DNA of 45,339 nt from a virus (taxonomy: Duplodnaviria > Caudoviricetes): the IMG/VR virus record IMGVR_UViG_3300032212_000029, positions 1 to 45,339 of that record; one strand, 5' to 3'. Under the pieces are notes generated by a model. The model had not been told where the DNA came from and did no database searches. It worked only from the letters and a program-made list of their open reading frames with translations. Positions 35,052 through 44,991 of the stretch are shown piece by piece. How positions within the stretch are numbered: the stretch's first letter is position 1; each line of letters opens with the position of its first letter. The translations under genes and the position numbers were made by a program.

Positions 35052-35704
35052 TCGTAGACGCCCCGAGCCTTGAAGTAGTGGGAGACGAGGCCCGTGAAGT
35101 CATCATTCAACTGGACCGCCAAACGATCCCCGAGAGCCCCATCGAGGCGGATCGGCTCGCCTGTGTCGATGAACCGCAAGCGCACGACAAGGGACTCGTT
35201 GCCGGAGCCCTGCGTGTCGTAGCGCTTGTCGAAGGCGACTCGACCCCAGTTCGCGTTGGTCAACACGGGCACGCCGTCCGTGAAGTCGTCGATGACGGTG
35301 ACGCTCCGCATCTTCTTGATCTGGATCCCGTTCGAGAGCGCTGAGCCTATGTTCCCGTACTCGGACTCGCTCATGCCCGAAGTGTCCTCGATGTCGATCA
35401 GAAGCTCATAGATCAGCATCACCTCGTCCGAAGCGGGCGCGATGTAGAACTCATCCGCCGTGCTGCTGTAATCGCCTGTCGCGTTCTTGGTGCCCGTCCC
35501 ATCCCCTGCGGTGTCGAGGTATCGAGAGACGTGCAGGGAGCTTCCGGGGGCCTTTACGATGACGGGTAGCGGCGCAGCATCAGAGGTCTGCGTTACCGAG
35601 CCATTCGCCCCGAACGCGACTTTGACAACTTGGTACTGCGCGCCGCCAACGTCGTCGGTGCCGATGATGGAGCCCGTGGCGGGCAAGATTACGTTGTCGG
35701 CCAT
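35048..35704 (-). CDS. Putative virion protein inserted between the nozzle halves
   Basis: MADNV...IGTDDVGG.QYQ.VK..FG.NG....S...PLPV N-terminal module plus a jelly-roll-like C-terminus. Confidence 0.65.
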   Translation of the reverse strand: MADNVILPATGSIIGTDDVGGAQYQVVKVAFGANGSVTQTSDAAPLPVIVKAPGSSLHVSRYLDTAGDGTGTKNATGDYSSTADEFYIAPASDEVMLIYELLIDIEDTSGMSESEYGNIGSALSNGIQIKKMRSVTVIDDFTDGVPVLTNANWGRVAFDKRYDTQGSGNESLVVRLRFIDTGEPIRLDGALGDRLAVQLNDDFTGLVSHYFKARGVYE

Positions 35705-35705
35705 G

Positions 35706-38700
35706 TCAGTCGCTCACGTTGTAGATCGGTGGGTTCGGTGGGAAGGCTACGGCGTAGCCGTTCTGGAAGCTGCTGGAGCCGTGGTTCAGCGTCGTGAGGC
35801 GGAAGAGCAGATCGCCCTCACGGGAGAAGCTGCGCACCGCATCCTTGGCGGGTGAGCCCAAGTAGGTTGCGCCCGGCGGGATTGGGATGTGGAAGTTCCC
35901 GAAGCTGTCGGTGCGGCACCGGATCGTTACGTCGGCGGTCAGTCCCAGCTTGTAGGTGTCATCCGGATAGGGAAGCGCGGTCGTGTACCAGCCCACGCTT
36001 TCGATCTGCGGGTCGTCGGATGTCGTCGGGTCGTCGTCGATGCGCCCCATGCAGAAGTGCGTCCCGGTGGCGCTGTCGCCCACGCCCACGAAGAAGAGGT
36101 CGCCGTCGAGCCCCGTGGCGAGACCGCAGGTGGGCTCCGAGTCGGTCACGCCGAGAACCCCCGTTTGGCCGTTCAGGTCTTGGTAGATGATGTCGCCGTT
36201 CGTGCCCGCGCCGTACACGTTCGAGGCGAGCAGGCACCACAGCATTCGGCCCGTCTCGTCGTGTTTCACGATCATCGCCTCCGGCCTGCGAAGCCGCGCC
36301 ACCCACGCCTGCCCCGAGTCCGCGTAGTCGTCGGCAAGCGGCAGGTCGTAGCTCACCTGGTTCACGAACTCCGGATAGTGCGGGTGCGGGTAGTCCGCGT
36401 TCTGGTCCTGGAGTAGCGCCGAGATTCCGTAGCGCGACATCAGAGAGCCTTCCAGCTTCTCCATCTCCGTAGAGAGCCCGCCTGCCGCCGTGTTCGCATA
36501 GGGGAGGTCTGGATCGGCGCTGTCGTTCGTGTGCGCGTTCGCCGCGTACTTGGGGTGCGTGAGGACCGTGGGGCCGGGGAAGTGCCGCTCACCGCCCAGC
36601 GTTGCCACCGTGCTCAGGTCCGTGCGGTTCCCCAGCGTCACGATCTCCGCGATCTCGCCGAAGAAGCCTTTGATGTAATCGTGAAACTCGGGGAGGCCCA
36701 GGCCCGTGGGCGAAGCCTCGACGTTGAGGTTGACCGTCACGTCTCCGGGGCTCGGGCTCGAAAGCGTCGAGGGCCCCGTGTAGCCAATCGGCAGCGCTTC
36801 CCAGCGATCCACCGGGTGCCCGTTGATGCGGAACGTGGAGCGCGTCTGGAGGTTGCGCGCCCAAACGATTTTGCCATCCGCTGCGCTACCCGATCCGCCG
36901 GGAGGCGAGGACATGGAAAGCGTCGTCTCGTTGACCTTCGTGAACGCGTAGCCGGTGCCGCCGATGTAGACGGTGCCGCTCGCGCCCGTCGGGTATTCGC
37001 TCATCCAGTCCTGCTCCGCGTCCAGCACGTAGGCCGAATCGACGTAGCTGCCCGCCGCGTCATAGAACTCGTTGAGCCCCCCGCAGTGCAGGAAGGTGAT
37101 GACGCACCAGCCCTCCTCGGTCAGCGAACTCGCGTCCGAGAACGTGCCGGGCTTCGGCCACCCGAACTTCCCCGCGCCACGCTGGAGCGGCATCCCAGGG
37201 TAGTCAAAGATCGAGGTCCCCGCCGTCCACGCGCCAGGGTCATACCCATCGTCGTCCGCGTTGCTCGTGCGATACCCGGAGCTGCTGGTGTACGCGCGCG
37301 CAGTGCCGGGAGCGTGAGAGCCCTTGAGGGACTTACTCTTGCCCCAACAGAACAGGTCGTTGTCGGTCGTCGCAATGTCGTCGCCCGAGTTGACGAGGAG
37401 CCCCGAGCGGTAAGCGCCAGTCCCGCCAACGTCGAAGTTCACCGTTGATGCCCCGTCGTATTTGCGGTGGTGCATCTGCTGGAAGAGGAAGCGGCGCGCG
37501 TCAAGCGGCTGGCCGTCGTCCGTCTCCTCAAAACCCGGAGTGCTCGCCGTGTAGGGGCGGCAGACGATGAAGGTGCAGAACGCCGCGTCGCCGTGGTTGG
37601 GGACCGTCGTCTTGCAACTCTCCCGCTCGTTGAACCGCCCACCGCCCGGAAGCGAGAAGAGGCCCTGCGAGCCGTTGAAGCGCAGCGTCGGGACCTCAAG
37701 CGTGCCGTTGTAGTCCAATGTCGGGGCCGGGGCAGGGTCGCCCTCGTAGGTGGCCCCCTTGAGATAGGGCCTCCCCGCGCCCAGCCGGTCGTTCCACAGC
37801 ACGACTTCATCGCCATCGCCGTAGATTTCCGCCAGGTCTTCGGAGCGATGCCAAGCCCAGATGCGCTGCTCGTAGTTGTCGAGGTCCGTCGGCGTCCAGC
37901 TTTCGAGCGAGATCCCGACGCCGGGTTTCGTTGGCGACGTGTTCCGGTCCGCGAACGCGGGGTGCCCCGTGTAGCTCGACCCGTCCGGCGCGAGGTCCAT
38001 GCACGTCGAGGGGTAGGGAACCTGATACTCGCTCTCCACCAGTGGCTCCGCGCTGTTCAGGGCGACCAGCGTGCGTACGTAGCTGCGGTACTTCTCGTTG
38101 AACTGGAGCAGCGCCTTGAGCTTCCCGTTCACGAGCTTCAACTCGCGGACACGAGCGTCGGTGCGATACTCCCACTCCAGGACCGGCTCCGTCTCGAAAG
38201 ACGTGTCGATGACCTTCTGGCGCACTCGGTAGATCGCCGCCCCGGTCGCCCCCGAAGCGCCGTTGTGAACGCCCACCATGATCGCGTTGTCGCTCCCGAT
38301 CACCATCGGGCCGAGGACGAAGGACTTGCTTGCGAGCTTCAGCGAGAACGTCCATTCAACCGCTCCGCTGCTGCTGCGCTTCTCGATCACGTTCCCGGTC
38401 AGCACGTAGACGTTGCCCGACGAGTCGGTGACGACGTTGCGCGCATCCTTCTTTGCCGTGGTCTCCTTCTCCCAAACCAGCGAATGCTTCTCGCGCCCGT
38501 CGCCGTTGGCCTCGATCTCGTCCTCAGTCGCCTCATAAACGACCGTCTTGTTCTCGTAGACGATGGAGGCCACGACGCGCACGGGGCCCGGCATCGCGTA
38601 TTCGTAGTGCTTCGCCATGCCCTCGCGCTGGGAGATGCGCACGCGCCGATCCCCGCCCACCGAGCGCACGTTTTCCGCGTCGTAGGTGGTGTCCGCGCGC

Positions 38701-38771
38701 TGATCGCTGAACGCCCGCGTCTCGTCCACGCCGCGAAGCGGCATCGGCAAGATCATGTCGCGGCGACGCAT
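35706..38771 (-). CDS. Nozzle N-terminal part with beta-propeller and inserted LamG/concanavalin-like domain
   Basis: LPMPLRGVDE..AFSDQ...TT.DAENVR....R.RISQREG start; SWTPTDL..W...GD.V..W.D..G..PT....RFNG ... FFGEIAEI ... LEG.L..RYGI. Confidence 0.65.
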   Translation of the reverse strand: MRRRDMILPMPLRGVDETRAFSDQRADTTYDAENVRSVGGDRRVRISQREGMAKHYEYAMPGPVRVVASIVYENKTVVYEATEDEIEANGDGREKHSLVWEKETTAKKDARNVVTDSSGNVYVLTGNVIEKRSSSGAVEWTFSLKLASKSFVLGPMVIGSDNAIMVGVHNGASGATGAAIYRVRQKVIDTSFETEPVLEWEYRTDARVRELKLVNGKLKALLQFNEKYRSYVRTLVALNSAEPLVESEYQVPYPSTCMDLAPDGSSYTGHPAFADRNTSPTKPGVGISLESWTPTDLDNYEQRIWAWHRSEDLAEIYGDGDEVVLWNDRLGAGRPYLKGATYEGDPAPAPTLDYNGTLEVPTLRFNGSQGLFSLPGGGRFNERESCKTTVPNHGDAAFCTFIVCRPYTASTPGFEETDDGQPLDARRFLFQQMHHRKYDGASTVNFDVGGTGAYRSGLLVNSGDDIATTDNDLFCWGKSKSLKGSHAPGTARAYTSSSGYRTSNADDDGYDPGAWTAGTSIFDYPGMPLQRGAGKFGWPKPGTFSDASSLTEEGWCVITFLHCGGLNEFYDAAGSYVDSAYVLDAEQDWMSEYPTGASGTVYIGGTGYAFTKVNETTLSMSSPPGGSGSAADGKIVWARNLQTRSTFRINGHPVDRWEALPIGYTGPSTLSSPSPGDVTVNLNVEASPTGLGLPEFHDYIKGFFGEIAEIVTLGNRTDLSTVATLGGERHFPGPTVLTHPKYAANAHTNDSADPDLPYANTAAGGLSTEMEKLEGSLMSRYGISALLQDQNADYPHPHYPEFVNQVSYDLPLADDYADSGQAWVARLRRPEAMIVKHDETGRMLWCLLASNVYGAGTNGDIIYQDLNGQTGVLGVTDSEPTCGLATGLDGDLFFVGVGDSATGTHFCMGRIDDDPTTSDDPQIESVGWYTTALPYPDDTYKLGLTADVTIRCRTDSFGNFHIPIPPGATYLGSPAKDAVRSFSREGDLLFRLTTLNHGSSSFQNGYAVAFPPNPPIYNVSD

Positions 38772-38774
38772 GAG

Positions 38775-39134
38775 CTACTGCACCCGCTGGAACTGGACGA
38801 AGATGAAGTCTTCTGCGGTAACGGCGGGGAACTCGACGTACCAAGCCCCCAGCATCACAGGCCCCTCGCCCGCATCCCACTTGAGGTCCAGCCCCTCGCT
38901 CGCGCCGCCCGCCATGCAGCGGAACTTCGCCGCGAGGTCGCCGCTCTCGTGGTAGAACTCGACGACGTGATCGACGTTCGCCGTGGGCATGATGAACCGC
39001 CGCAGCTCCGTGCGGTCCCACCTGTTGGCGTACGTATCCGAAGCCGTCGCCGTGTACCCGCCAACCCCGTCCGAGGGGTAGTAGGCGGTCGTCGCGGCTT
39101 GCGCGGAGTCGAACTGGATGTGAGGGAGCTGCAC
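38775..39134 (-). CDS. Small putative virion protein
   Basis: Clean ORF in the structural operon. Confidence 0.6.
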   Translation of the reverse strand: MQLPHIQFDSAQAATTAYYPSDGVGGYTATASDTYANRWDRTELRRFIMPTANVDHVVEFYHESGDLAAKFRCMAGGASEGLDLKWDAGEGPVMLGAWYVEFPAVTAEDFIFVQFQRVQ

Positions 39135-39137
39135 GGG

Positions 39138-39524
39138 TCAGCTCGTGGGGGGCTGATGGACGGCGTGGATGCGGTAGAGAATCGTCCCGCCTGCGCTGGT
39201 GTTGAAGGAGAAGCCCCCCTTCATCCGCAGGCCGGGGCGCATTGGGTGCGTGCCAGCCGGAAAGATCTGCGAGGTCGTCGCGTCCTCGTTCTCCACCAGC
39301 GTCAAGAAGGCTCCGCTCGCCACCGTGACGTGAGTGATCTCGACCCAGAACTCCCCGGACGAGAACCCCATGTCCGTCCAGTGTGCGTTACCAGCGGTCG
39401 TGGTCTTCGCACCCCGCCCGTTATCAGGGTACGTGGCCGAGCCGTCAGCGGCGGTCGAGGTCACGCGGTACACCCCATCGGTCGGGTAGACGCGCGCCGA
39501 AGAACGGTTGTCGGGTGGAATCAT
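39138..39524 (-). CDS. Small putative virion protein
   Basis: Clean T/G-rich ORF in the structural operon. Confidence 0.6.
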   Translation of the reverse strand: MIPPDNRSSARVYPTDGVYRVTSTAADGSATYPDNGRGAKTTTAGNAHWTDMGFSSGEFWVEITHVTVASGAFLTLVENEDATTSQIFPAGTHPMRPGLRMKGGFSFNTSAGGTILYRIHAVHQPPTS

Positions 39525-39526
39525 AG

Positions 39527-40468
39527 CTAGAAGCCCAGTGACGGGAAGTAGGAGATAGCAGAGCGATTCTGCGGGTCAAAAGACGAGCGGGGCGCGATAG
39601 CCCCGTTCCTGACAGGTGCTCCCTGCGGAGCATTGCGTACATCGGCGCGGGTCGAGGCGCGGAACTGGTGGCCAACCTCGACCGCCGCGAGGCGCTGCCC
39701 CACGTCGTCGCTTTCATCCCAGCCACGAGCGTACGCCTTCGCGTACTCCAGAAGCAGCGGGTCCATGTAGTCGGGGATCGGGAGCACCGAGTCCGTCGAG
39801 CTGATCGTCGGCCACTTGCGGAGGTAGACCACGTGCGCCGCGTTCACCTTCGCCGACTGGCGCTCTGGCCAGATCTTGAGCAACTGCGTCGGGGCGCTCA
39901 GGTCCGTGAGCGACTGCCACTCCAGCGCGTACCCGAACGCGAGGCTCGCGCCGACCAGATGCTCCGCGTCGAGCTGCGCGATGTCCACGTAGGGGAGCGG
40001 GTAGAACGCCTCGTTGATGTTGCCAAACACGTTGATGACGCTGCCCACGTCGGAGGGGAGCGCGATCCGCGACGTGTTGATATCGAGCGTCGCCGTACCC
40101 GCGAAGGTCGCCGTGGTTGGGCTGTCCGCAATCGTGATCGAGTCATCGTCCACGCGCGACACGATCTTGAAGTCACCATACTCCGTGCCGTTCAACGTCA
40201 ACGTCACGTAGTCGCCGGGCACCAGCACGTAGTCGGCGTATATCCCCGCCTTGGATAGCGTCCCCGTCGTGCCCACGAACGAGGCCCCTGTCGCGGAGAT
40301 GGGCGCGCGAAACTTGAGGTCGCCCCTCGCGCGCCGGAGGTAGCGCCACTCCTGCGATGCCTCCATTGCTCGCGCCGCGTAGTTGAGTAGCGAGAACTGG
40401 TCATGCTCGCTCGCCAGCGAACCCTTGAGGTCAGCTTCGATGTGCTGGAAGACTTCGGATGCAAGCAT
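39527..40468 (-). CDS. Head-tail adaptor (tail tubular A-like) with inserted beta domain
   Basis: LLN.A......EWRYL, IALPSD, LKIWP and Y.RKWP.....D....IP..MDPLL motifs; position after capsid. Confidence 0.65.
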   Translation of the reverse strand: MLASEVFQHIEADLKGSLASEHDQFSLLNYAARAMEASQEWRYLRRARGDLKFRAPISATGASFVGTTGTLSKAGIYADYVLVPGDYVTLTLNGTEYGDFKIVSRVDDDSITIADSPTTATFAGTATLDINTSRIALPSDVGSVINVFGNINEAFYPLPYVDIAQLDAEHLVGASLAFGYALEWQSLTDLSAPTQLLKIWPERQSAKVNAAHVVYLRKWPTISSTDSVLPIPDYMDPLLLEYAKAYARGWDESDDVGQRLAAVEVGHQFRASTRADVRNAPQGAPVRNGAIAPRSSFDPQNRSAISYFPSLGF

Positions 40469-40525
40469 GAGTGAATGGTGCCCCGCGCCGCGCCCCAAGA
40501 GATGACGCGACGCGAGGACTTGGGT

Positions 40526-40969
40526 TTACGCGCCTTTCAGGTAGAAGCCGGTTCCGTCGAACCAGACATACCCGGTCGCCGCAGCGGAGATCGCAGCGGG
40601 AGCCAGGGCGATCACGACATCGTTGGCCGGGGCCGTGATGACCCCAGCGCTGCCGTCAGCGGAGGCCGCGTCGCCAGCGGACAAGCCGCCGGAGCCCGCG
40701 AGGATCTTGACGTAGCCCTTCACCGCGAACTTGGCGGTCTCGCCGGAGCCCTTCGACTCCATCGCGACGATCCAGACGTTCGCTTCAAGCGCGCCATCGG
40801 GTCCCGCCTTCGACGTGGTGACTTGGCCAAGGTTGGCGACGGTCGCGGTGGTCAGGTCCATCGCGTAGACGCTGCCCTCGGTGACTGCCGCGTGAGTCGT
40901 GAGGTAGACGAAGTCCAGCGCGGGCTTCGCCCCCACGTTGTCGGCGTTCGGTTCTTGATAGAACTTCAT
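40526..40969 (-). CDS. Capsid decoration/cement-like protein
   Basis: GGAGG SD; small A/G-rich beta protein directly after the capsid gene. Confidence 0.6.
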   Translation of the reverse strand: MKFYQEPNADNVGAKPALDFVYLTTHAAVTEGSVYAMDLTTATVANLGQVTTSKAGPDGALEANVWIVAMESKGSGETAKFAVKGYVKILAGSGGLSAGDAASADGSAGVITAPANDVVIALAPAAISAAATGYVWFDGTGFYLKGA

Positions 40970-40990
40970 AGGTTGGTTCCCTCCTGGGGA

Positions 40991-42157
40991 TCAGATGTCC
41001 GCGCTCGGCGAGACGATGAAGTGGCGGCGGCGGTCCGGGCACCAGACTTGGTTCGCGGACTTCCAGATCTGCACCCAGTCGTAGGGCTTGCCCACTTCGG
41101 TCAGGTTGACCGGAGCGTCGGGCTGCATGAAGTTGCCCTTCTGGAACAACAGGCGCATGTACTTCCGGGTGATGCCGTAGTAGCGCGGGCCCGTGATGTC
41201 GGCGGCGGTCTCAGCGACGAGCGCGTTGCCGCCCGCGTTCACGTACAGGGCCGCGTCGTTCAGGATCGACACGTTCACGAACGTCATCATCCCGATCTTG
41301 AGGCCGTACGGAGTGATCTCCATGTTGCCCCACGAGTTGCCCGAGTGGTTGCGGTAGGCAGCCTGCACGAGATCGCAGCCCCAGTCCGAGGTCAGGATCA
41401 CCTCCGGGATGCTCTCGGGCGAAGCGTACTCCGACCCAACAGGCATTCCCTGGAAGTTGGCAGCGCGGCAAGCAGAGACAAGCGCACCGATCAAGTCCGT
41501 CGCGTCGTCAGCGTCACCGCCAGCGGTCGCGTACGTCTTGCGGACGTTGTCATACTTGTTGTTGGTCTGCGCCATCGTCACGCCGTTGATCGCCGTGATG
41601 TTGGTCGAGCCATCCGCTTGAAGCGCCATGCCGCTCGTCTCTTCGGTGATGTAGTAGGGGATCGACAAGAACTTGTCGCCCGCCTCCATCGCCGTTTGGT
41701 CGGCAGCCTCCCAGAGACCCGTTTCCAAGTCTTCCACACAGTCGTCCTTGAGGATCTGGTGCTTGGAGTCCAGCGTCTTCTGGAACTGCGCCCGGACGTA
41801 CTTCGGCCCCATCGAGGGGTCGAGGTTCGCCGCGATCTCGCTCTCGTTCCACGCCATCGGGGTGGCGGCGTAGGAGATGGGAGCCGAGATCTTCACGCCC
41901 GACTGGAGGTTGTCGTACGACGAGAAGGTCATCGCACCACTGCCGCCACGGATCGTGCGCCGCACGCGCTCGGTGAACAGGGTCTCCTCAAGGGTGTGGC
42001 CGAGGGAGAACGCCTCTTTCATGTTCGGCAGTACGTGCGTCAGCGTGTACTTGCCACGGGAGACGAGGTTTCGATACCCCTTCCCCACGTCTTGCAACAG
42101 GTGAGTGTTGCTCGTGTCGCGAGCCATGCTCGGGAACACGTCGGTGATTTTAGCCAT
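40991..42157 (-). CDS. Major capsid protein
   Basis: 388 aa, follows portal and scaffold, strong SD, C-terminal N..C.DRRRH pattern. Confidence 0.75.
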   Translation of the reverse strand: MAKITDVFPSMARDTSNTHLLQDVGKGYRNLVSRGKYTLTHVLPNMKEAFSLGHTLEETLFTERVRRTIRGGSGAMTFSSYDNLQSGVKISAPISYAATPMAWNESEIAANLDPSMGPKYVRAQFQKTLDSKHQILKDDCVEDLETGLWEAADQTAMEAGDKFLSIPYYITEETSGMALQADGSTNITAINGVTMAQTNNKYDNVRKTYATAGGDADDATDLIGALVSACRAANFQGMPVGSEYASPESIPEVILTSDWGCDLVQAAYRNHSGNSWGNMEITPYGLKIGMMTFVNVSILNDAALYVNAGGNALVAETAADITGPRYYGITRKYMRLLFQKGNFMQPDAPVNLTEVGKPYDWVQIWKSANQVWCPDRRRHFIVSPSADI

Positions 42158-42158
42158 T

Positions 42159-42200
42159 GGATTGGCCTCCGGTGAGTGTTGCTACCACCGAGGCCAATCC
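42159..42200 (-). promoter_or_regulatory. Hairpin sequestering the capsid Shine-Dalgarno
   Basis: GGATTGGCCTC/GAGGCCAATCC 11-bp stem covers most of the GGAGG located 8 nt before the ATG. Confidence 0.6.
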
Positions 42201-42210
42201 GGGCTTCTCG

Positions 42211-43182
42211 CTACAGGTGCTCCGGGAAGTTCTCACGGAAGAAGTCATCCGTGATGTCCTGCAAGCGCTCATCGCGCGTCTTCGGCGTTGAGGGCGTGTT
42301 CCCGGAAGGCGCTGCGGCGGGCTTCCCCGTGCGGACCTTGGTGGCTTGCTCACGTTCAGGCTTCGCGTCCCCCTTGGCGTGGCGGATGACGCGGCGCATG
42401 TAGTCGGCGGGGGTCTCACCCTGCTCGACATCCACGCCGTCCATCACAGCTTTCGCCTTGGCGAACGCGAGAAACTTGTCGCGAGCGTCAGGATTGGAAA
42501 GATCACTCCCGGACAGCTCTTCTTGGATCACCTGTTCAATCGGTGCAAGCTGGCGGGCCTGCGCGTCTTGGTCGAGGCGAGACTGGAGCGCAGCATTCTG
42601 CGTCGCCAGCGTCTTCAAGAGGTCTGCAACCGGGGCGGCTTCTTCTCCGAACTGCTCCACAAACGGGGTCAGAGCCTCTTCCAGCTTCGCGGGATCCAAT
42701 GCCGGGGGAGCCTCTGCCGGAGGCTGCTCCGCTTGGGCCGCATCGCGGGAGTCCTGGCCGTCTTGGCTTTCGTCCTTCGATTGACCTTGAGACGATGTCC
42801 AGTCGCGGTCTCGCTGCCGCCTGCGCGTGTTCAGCTCGACCCCAAAGGCGATCACCTCACCTTCGGACTTCCCCTTGAAGGCAGCGGGTTCGAGGCCAGC
42901 GCGCTTGATCTCGTCGATTGCGTCGGCGTAAGCGACGGGATCGAAGGACGCTGGGGGCTCTTCTGTCTCCCCTTGTAGGCCCTCGGGCTCGGGCTGTCCA
43001 GTCAAAGTGTCGGATTTCGCTACACTTTCCGGCTCCTCGGGCTCAAGAACGGGGGGAGCCTCCACGGCGACCGGGTCACTGTCGATGCCCAAGCGCTTCC
43101 ACTCGGCCTCGAAGGCTTCCTCGGACATGCCTTGCGGCTGGGCCTCAACTTCGGGGGATGTCTCTTGGTCGGTCATACTCAT
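42211..43182 (-). CDS. Putative scaffolding protein
   Basis: Acidic, P/E/Q-rich with coiled coil; between portal and capsid. Confidence 0.7.
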   Translation of the reverse strand: MSMTDQETSPEVEAQPQGMSEEAFEAEWKRLGIDSDPVAVEAPPVLEPEEPESVAKSDTLTGQPEPEGLQGETEEPPASFDPVAYADAIDEIKRAGLEPAAFKGKSEGEVIAFGVELNTRRRQRDRDWTSSQGQSKDESQDGQDSRDAAQAEQPPAEAPPALDPAKLEEALTPFVEQFGEEAAPVADLLKTLATQNAALQSRLDQDAQARQLAPIEQVIQEELSGSDLSNPDARDKFLAFAKAKAVMDGVDVEQGETPADYMRRVIRHAKGDAKPEREQATKVRTGKPAAAPSGNTPSTPKTRDERLQDITDDFFRENFPEHL

Positions 43183-43191
43183 GTGGGTGTC

Positions 43192-44985
43192 CTAGCGGAG
43201 TTCCGCGCCAGCCATCTGGCGCATGGGGTTGGGTGAGTTGGTCGGGATTACAGGCGGAGCGCCCGCCTGCGGAGCGCCCTGCTCTTCGGCGGGCAGGTAG
43301 TCGCCCAGGTTGGGCTGGTTGAGCTTCGCGCCCGCGTCGTTCAGGTAGCGCTTCGCGTCGAATCCCGGATGCCCAGCCTTGATGTTGAGTGCCTGCATCA
43401 AGAGGTTCGCACCATCCAGGACGCGCTTCTGCTGCAAGCCCTCGTTCGTGCGCGCCATCGACATGGGGACGATGCGGATGCTCTTGCCGTCGATGGCCGC
43501 GCCCGGATCGCCTTTGCGGTTGAGCGCCGAGCCGCCGACATACAGCACCAGCTCGCGCGCGTTGGGGTCGAGTTGCGCGCCATCCACGGGCAACCCAGCG
43601 CGCTTGAGGTCCTGCACGCCCTCCTCGACCGCCTCATCCGGAAGGTGGATGGCGAAGTCTGGGGAGTGCTCGATGTGCCACGCGGCGCTTGAGAGCATCT
43701 TCTCGTAGGTCGAGAACAGCGGCGCAGCGTAGAGCCCCGTGCGCGTCGTGTACGCCTGATTGGCCAAGCTCTCGGCGGTCGCCGTGGTGTCCGAGCCAGC
43801 GACCTGCCGCAGCGTGTCGCTCATGCCCAGCGTTTTGTCGGCGCTCTCGCCGGAGACCTGCAAGATCTGCATCAACTCGTTGCTGATACCGCCCGTTTCG
43901 AGCTGGCGGATGCCCTCGATGAACTCCGCCGCAACCTCGACATCGACCACGCCGTCCTGTAGAGCCTCCCGGATCTTGTCCGCGATGCCGTTGTTGGCCA
44001 CGATGAAGCGCTTGTACGCAATGGCCGCTTTCGTAACCGCAGCCCCGGCGCGAGCGTCTAGGTCAACCTGCTCCAGTCCCGCGCGGAATGGCGCGATCCG
44101 CGTGCCGCCACCCGGATTGGGCACGCATTCACCAACCGCATACAGGCCCGCCGCAGGCCCTCGGTACAGGCGTGGCCTCCGAAGGTCGCGATAGGCCCGG
44201 TCGCCATCGGCCAGCATCGTGTAGATCGTCCCCGTGTAGAGCGTGCGGTCGCTCGGGTCTTCGTCGCCGCTGTAGTTCGCCACCGCCTCGTCGTCGATGA
44301 AGTGCGGCGTGTAGAGCTGGACGACCTTGACCTTGCCGGTCTCGCCCTGCTCCGTCAGCTCCCCGACCGCCTCTTGCACCCAGTCGTTCTCCTCGTCGTC
44401 GGCGGCTTGCGCGCGAATCAGATCCACACTCTCCATCCAGCAATGCCCTTCGTAGCGGCGTTGCTCCGAGAGGGTCGCGTACGGGTCCGAGAAGTAGGCT
44501 TCTGGTGCGATGTAGTGCATTCGCGGCATCGTCATGGTCGCCGCTCGATCCACGGTAAGTTCGCGTCCGTCCCACGTCAGGAAGGTCTGGCCCTCCATGT
44601 AGCGCGGGTACGGCGCATCGGGGTCATGCGTCACCATCCCAACGCCTCGCCATGCGAGCGCGTCCGCCGCCATCTGCTGCCAGATCGAGAGCCAGCCCTG
44701 GCGGTCCATCAGCACCTCAAGCGCGTATTTCAGCCCAATCGAGTCCGACCGTGCGCTGCCGGGGATCATCGACTCGACCGCGAGGCTTGGGTTCTGGTGG
44801 ACGCACTGGGGCAGGAAGATCGTCAGCGCTTCCCAAAAGCGGTTCGTGAGCGCGCCGTTCTTGCCCGCGAGCGCCTTGCGGATCTCTTTCAAGTCTCTCA
44901 CGCCCTCCCGGTGCTCCTCGCACTCGGTTGCGTCGCGGTAGAGCTTGAAGCGCTGCTCGGGTGTGTCGAAGTAGTGTTTCTGCAT
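43192..44985 (-). CDS. Portal protein
   Basis: 597 aa directly after TerL; ..DKTLGMSD..R......TATA motif typical of podoviral portals. Confidence 0.8.
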   Translation of the reverse strand: MQKHYFDTPEQRFKLYRDATECEEHREGVRDLKEIRKALAGKNGALTNRFWEALTIFLPQCVHQNPSLAVESMIPGSARSDSIGLKYALEVLMDRQGWLSIWQQMAADALAWRGVGMVTHDPDAPYPRYMEGQTFLTWDGRELTVDRAATMTMPRMHYIAPEAYFSDPYATLSEQRRYEGHCWMESVDLIRAQAADDEENDWVQEAVGELTEQGETGKVKVVQLYTPHFIDDEAVANYSGDEDPSDRTLYTGTIYTMLADGDRAYRDLRRPRLYRGPAAGLYAVGECVPNPGGGTRIAPFRAGLEQVDLDARAGAAVTKAAIAYKRFIVANNGIADKIREALQDGVVDVEVAAEFIEGIRQLETGGISNELMQILQVSGESADKTLGMSDTLRQVAGSDTTATAESLANQAYTTRTGLYAAPLFSTYEKMLSSAAWHIEHSPDFAIHLPDEAVEEGVQDLKRAGLPVDGAQLDPNARELVLYVGGSALNRKGDPGAAIDGKSIRIVPMSMARTNEGLQQKRVLDGANLLMQALNIKAGHPGFDAKRYLNDAGAKLNQPNLGDYLPAEEQGAPQAGAPPVIPTNSPNPMRQMAGAELR

Positions 44986-44991
44986 GGGGGG

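Noticed and set aside
37467-39530. 687-aa + strand ORF (likewise 40475-42175 and 50-889)
   Set aside because: Antisense shadows of real - strand genes caused by GC-rich codon bias; no motifs and R/G/V/H-rich composition
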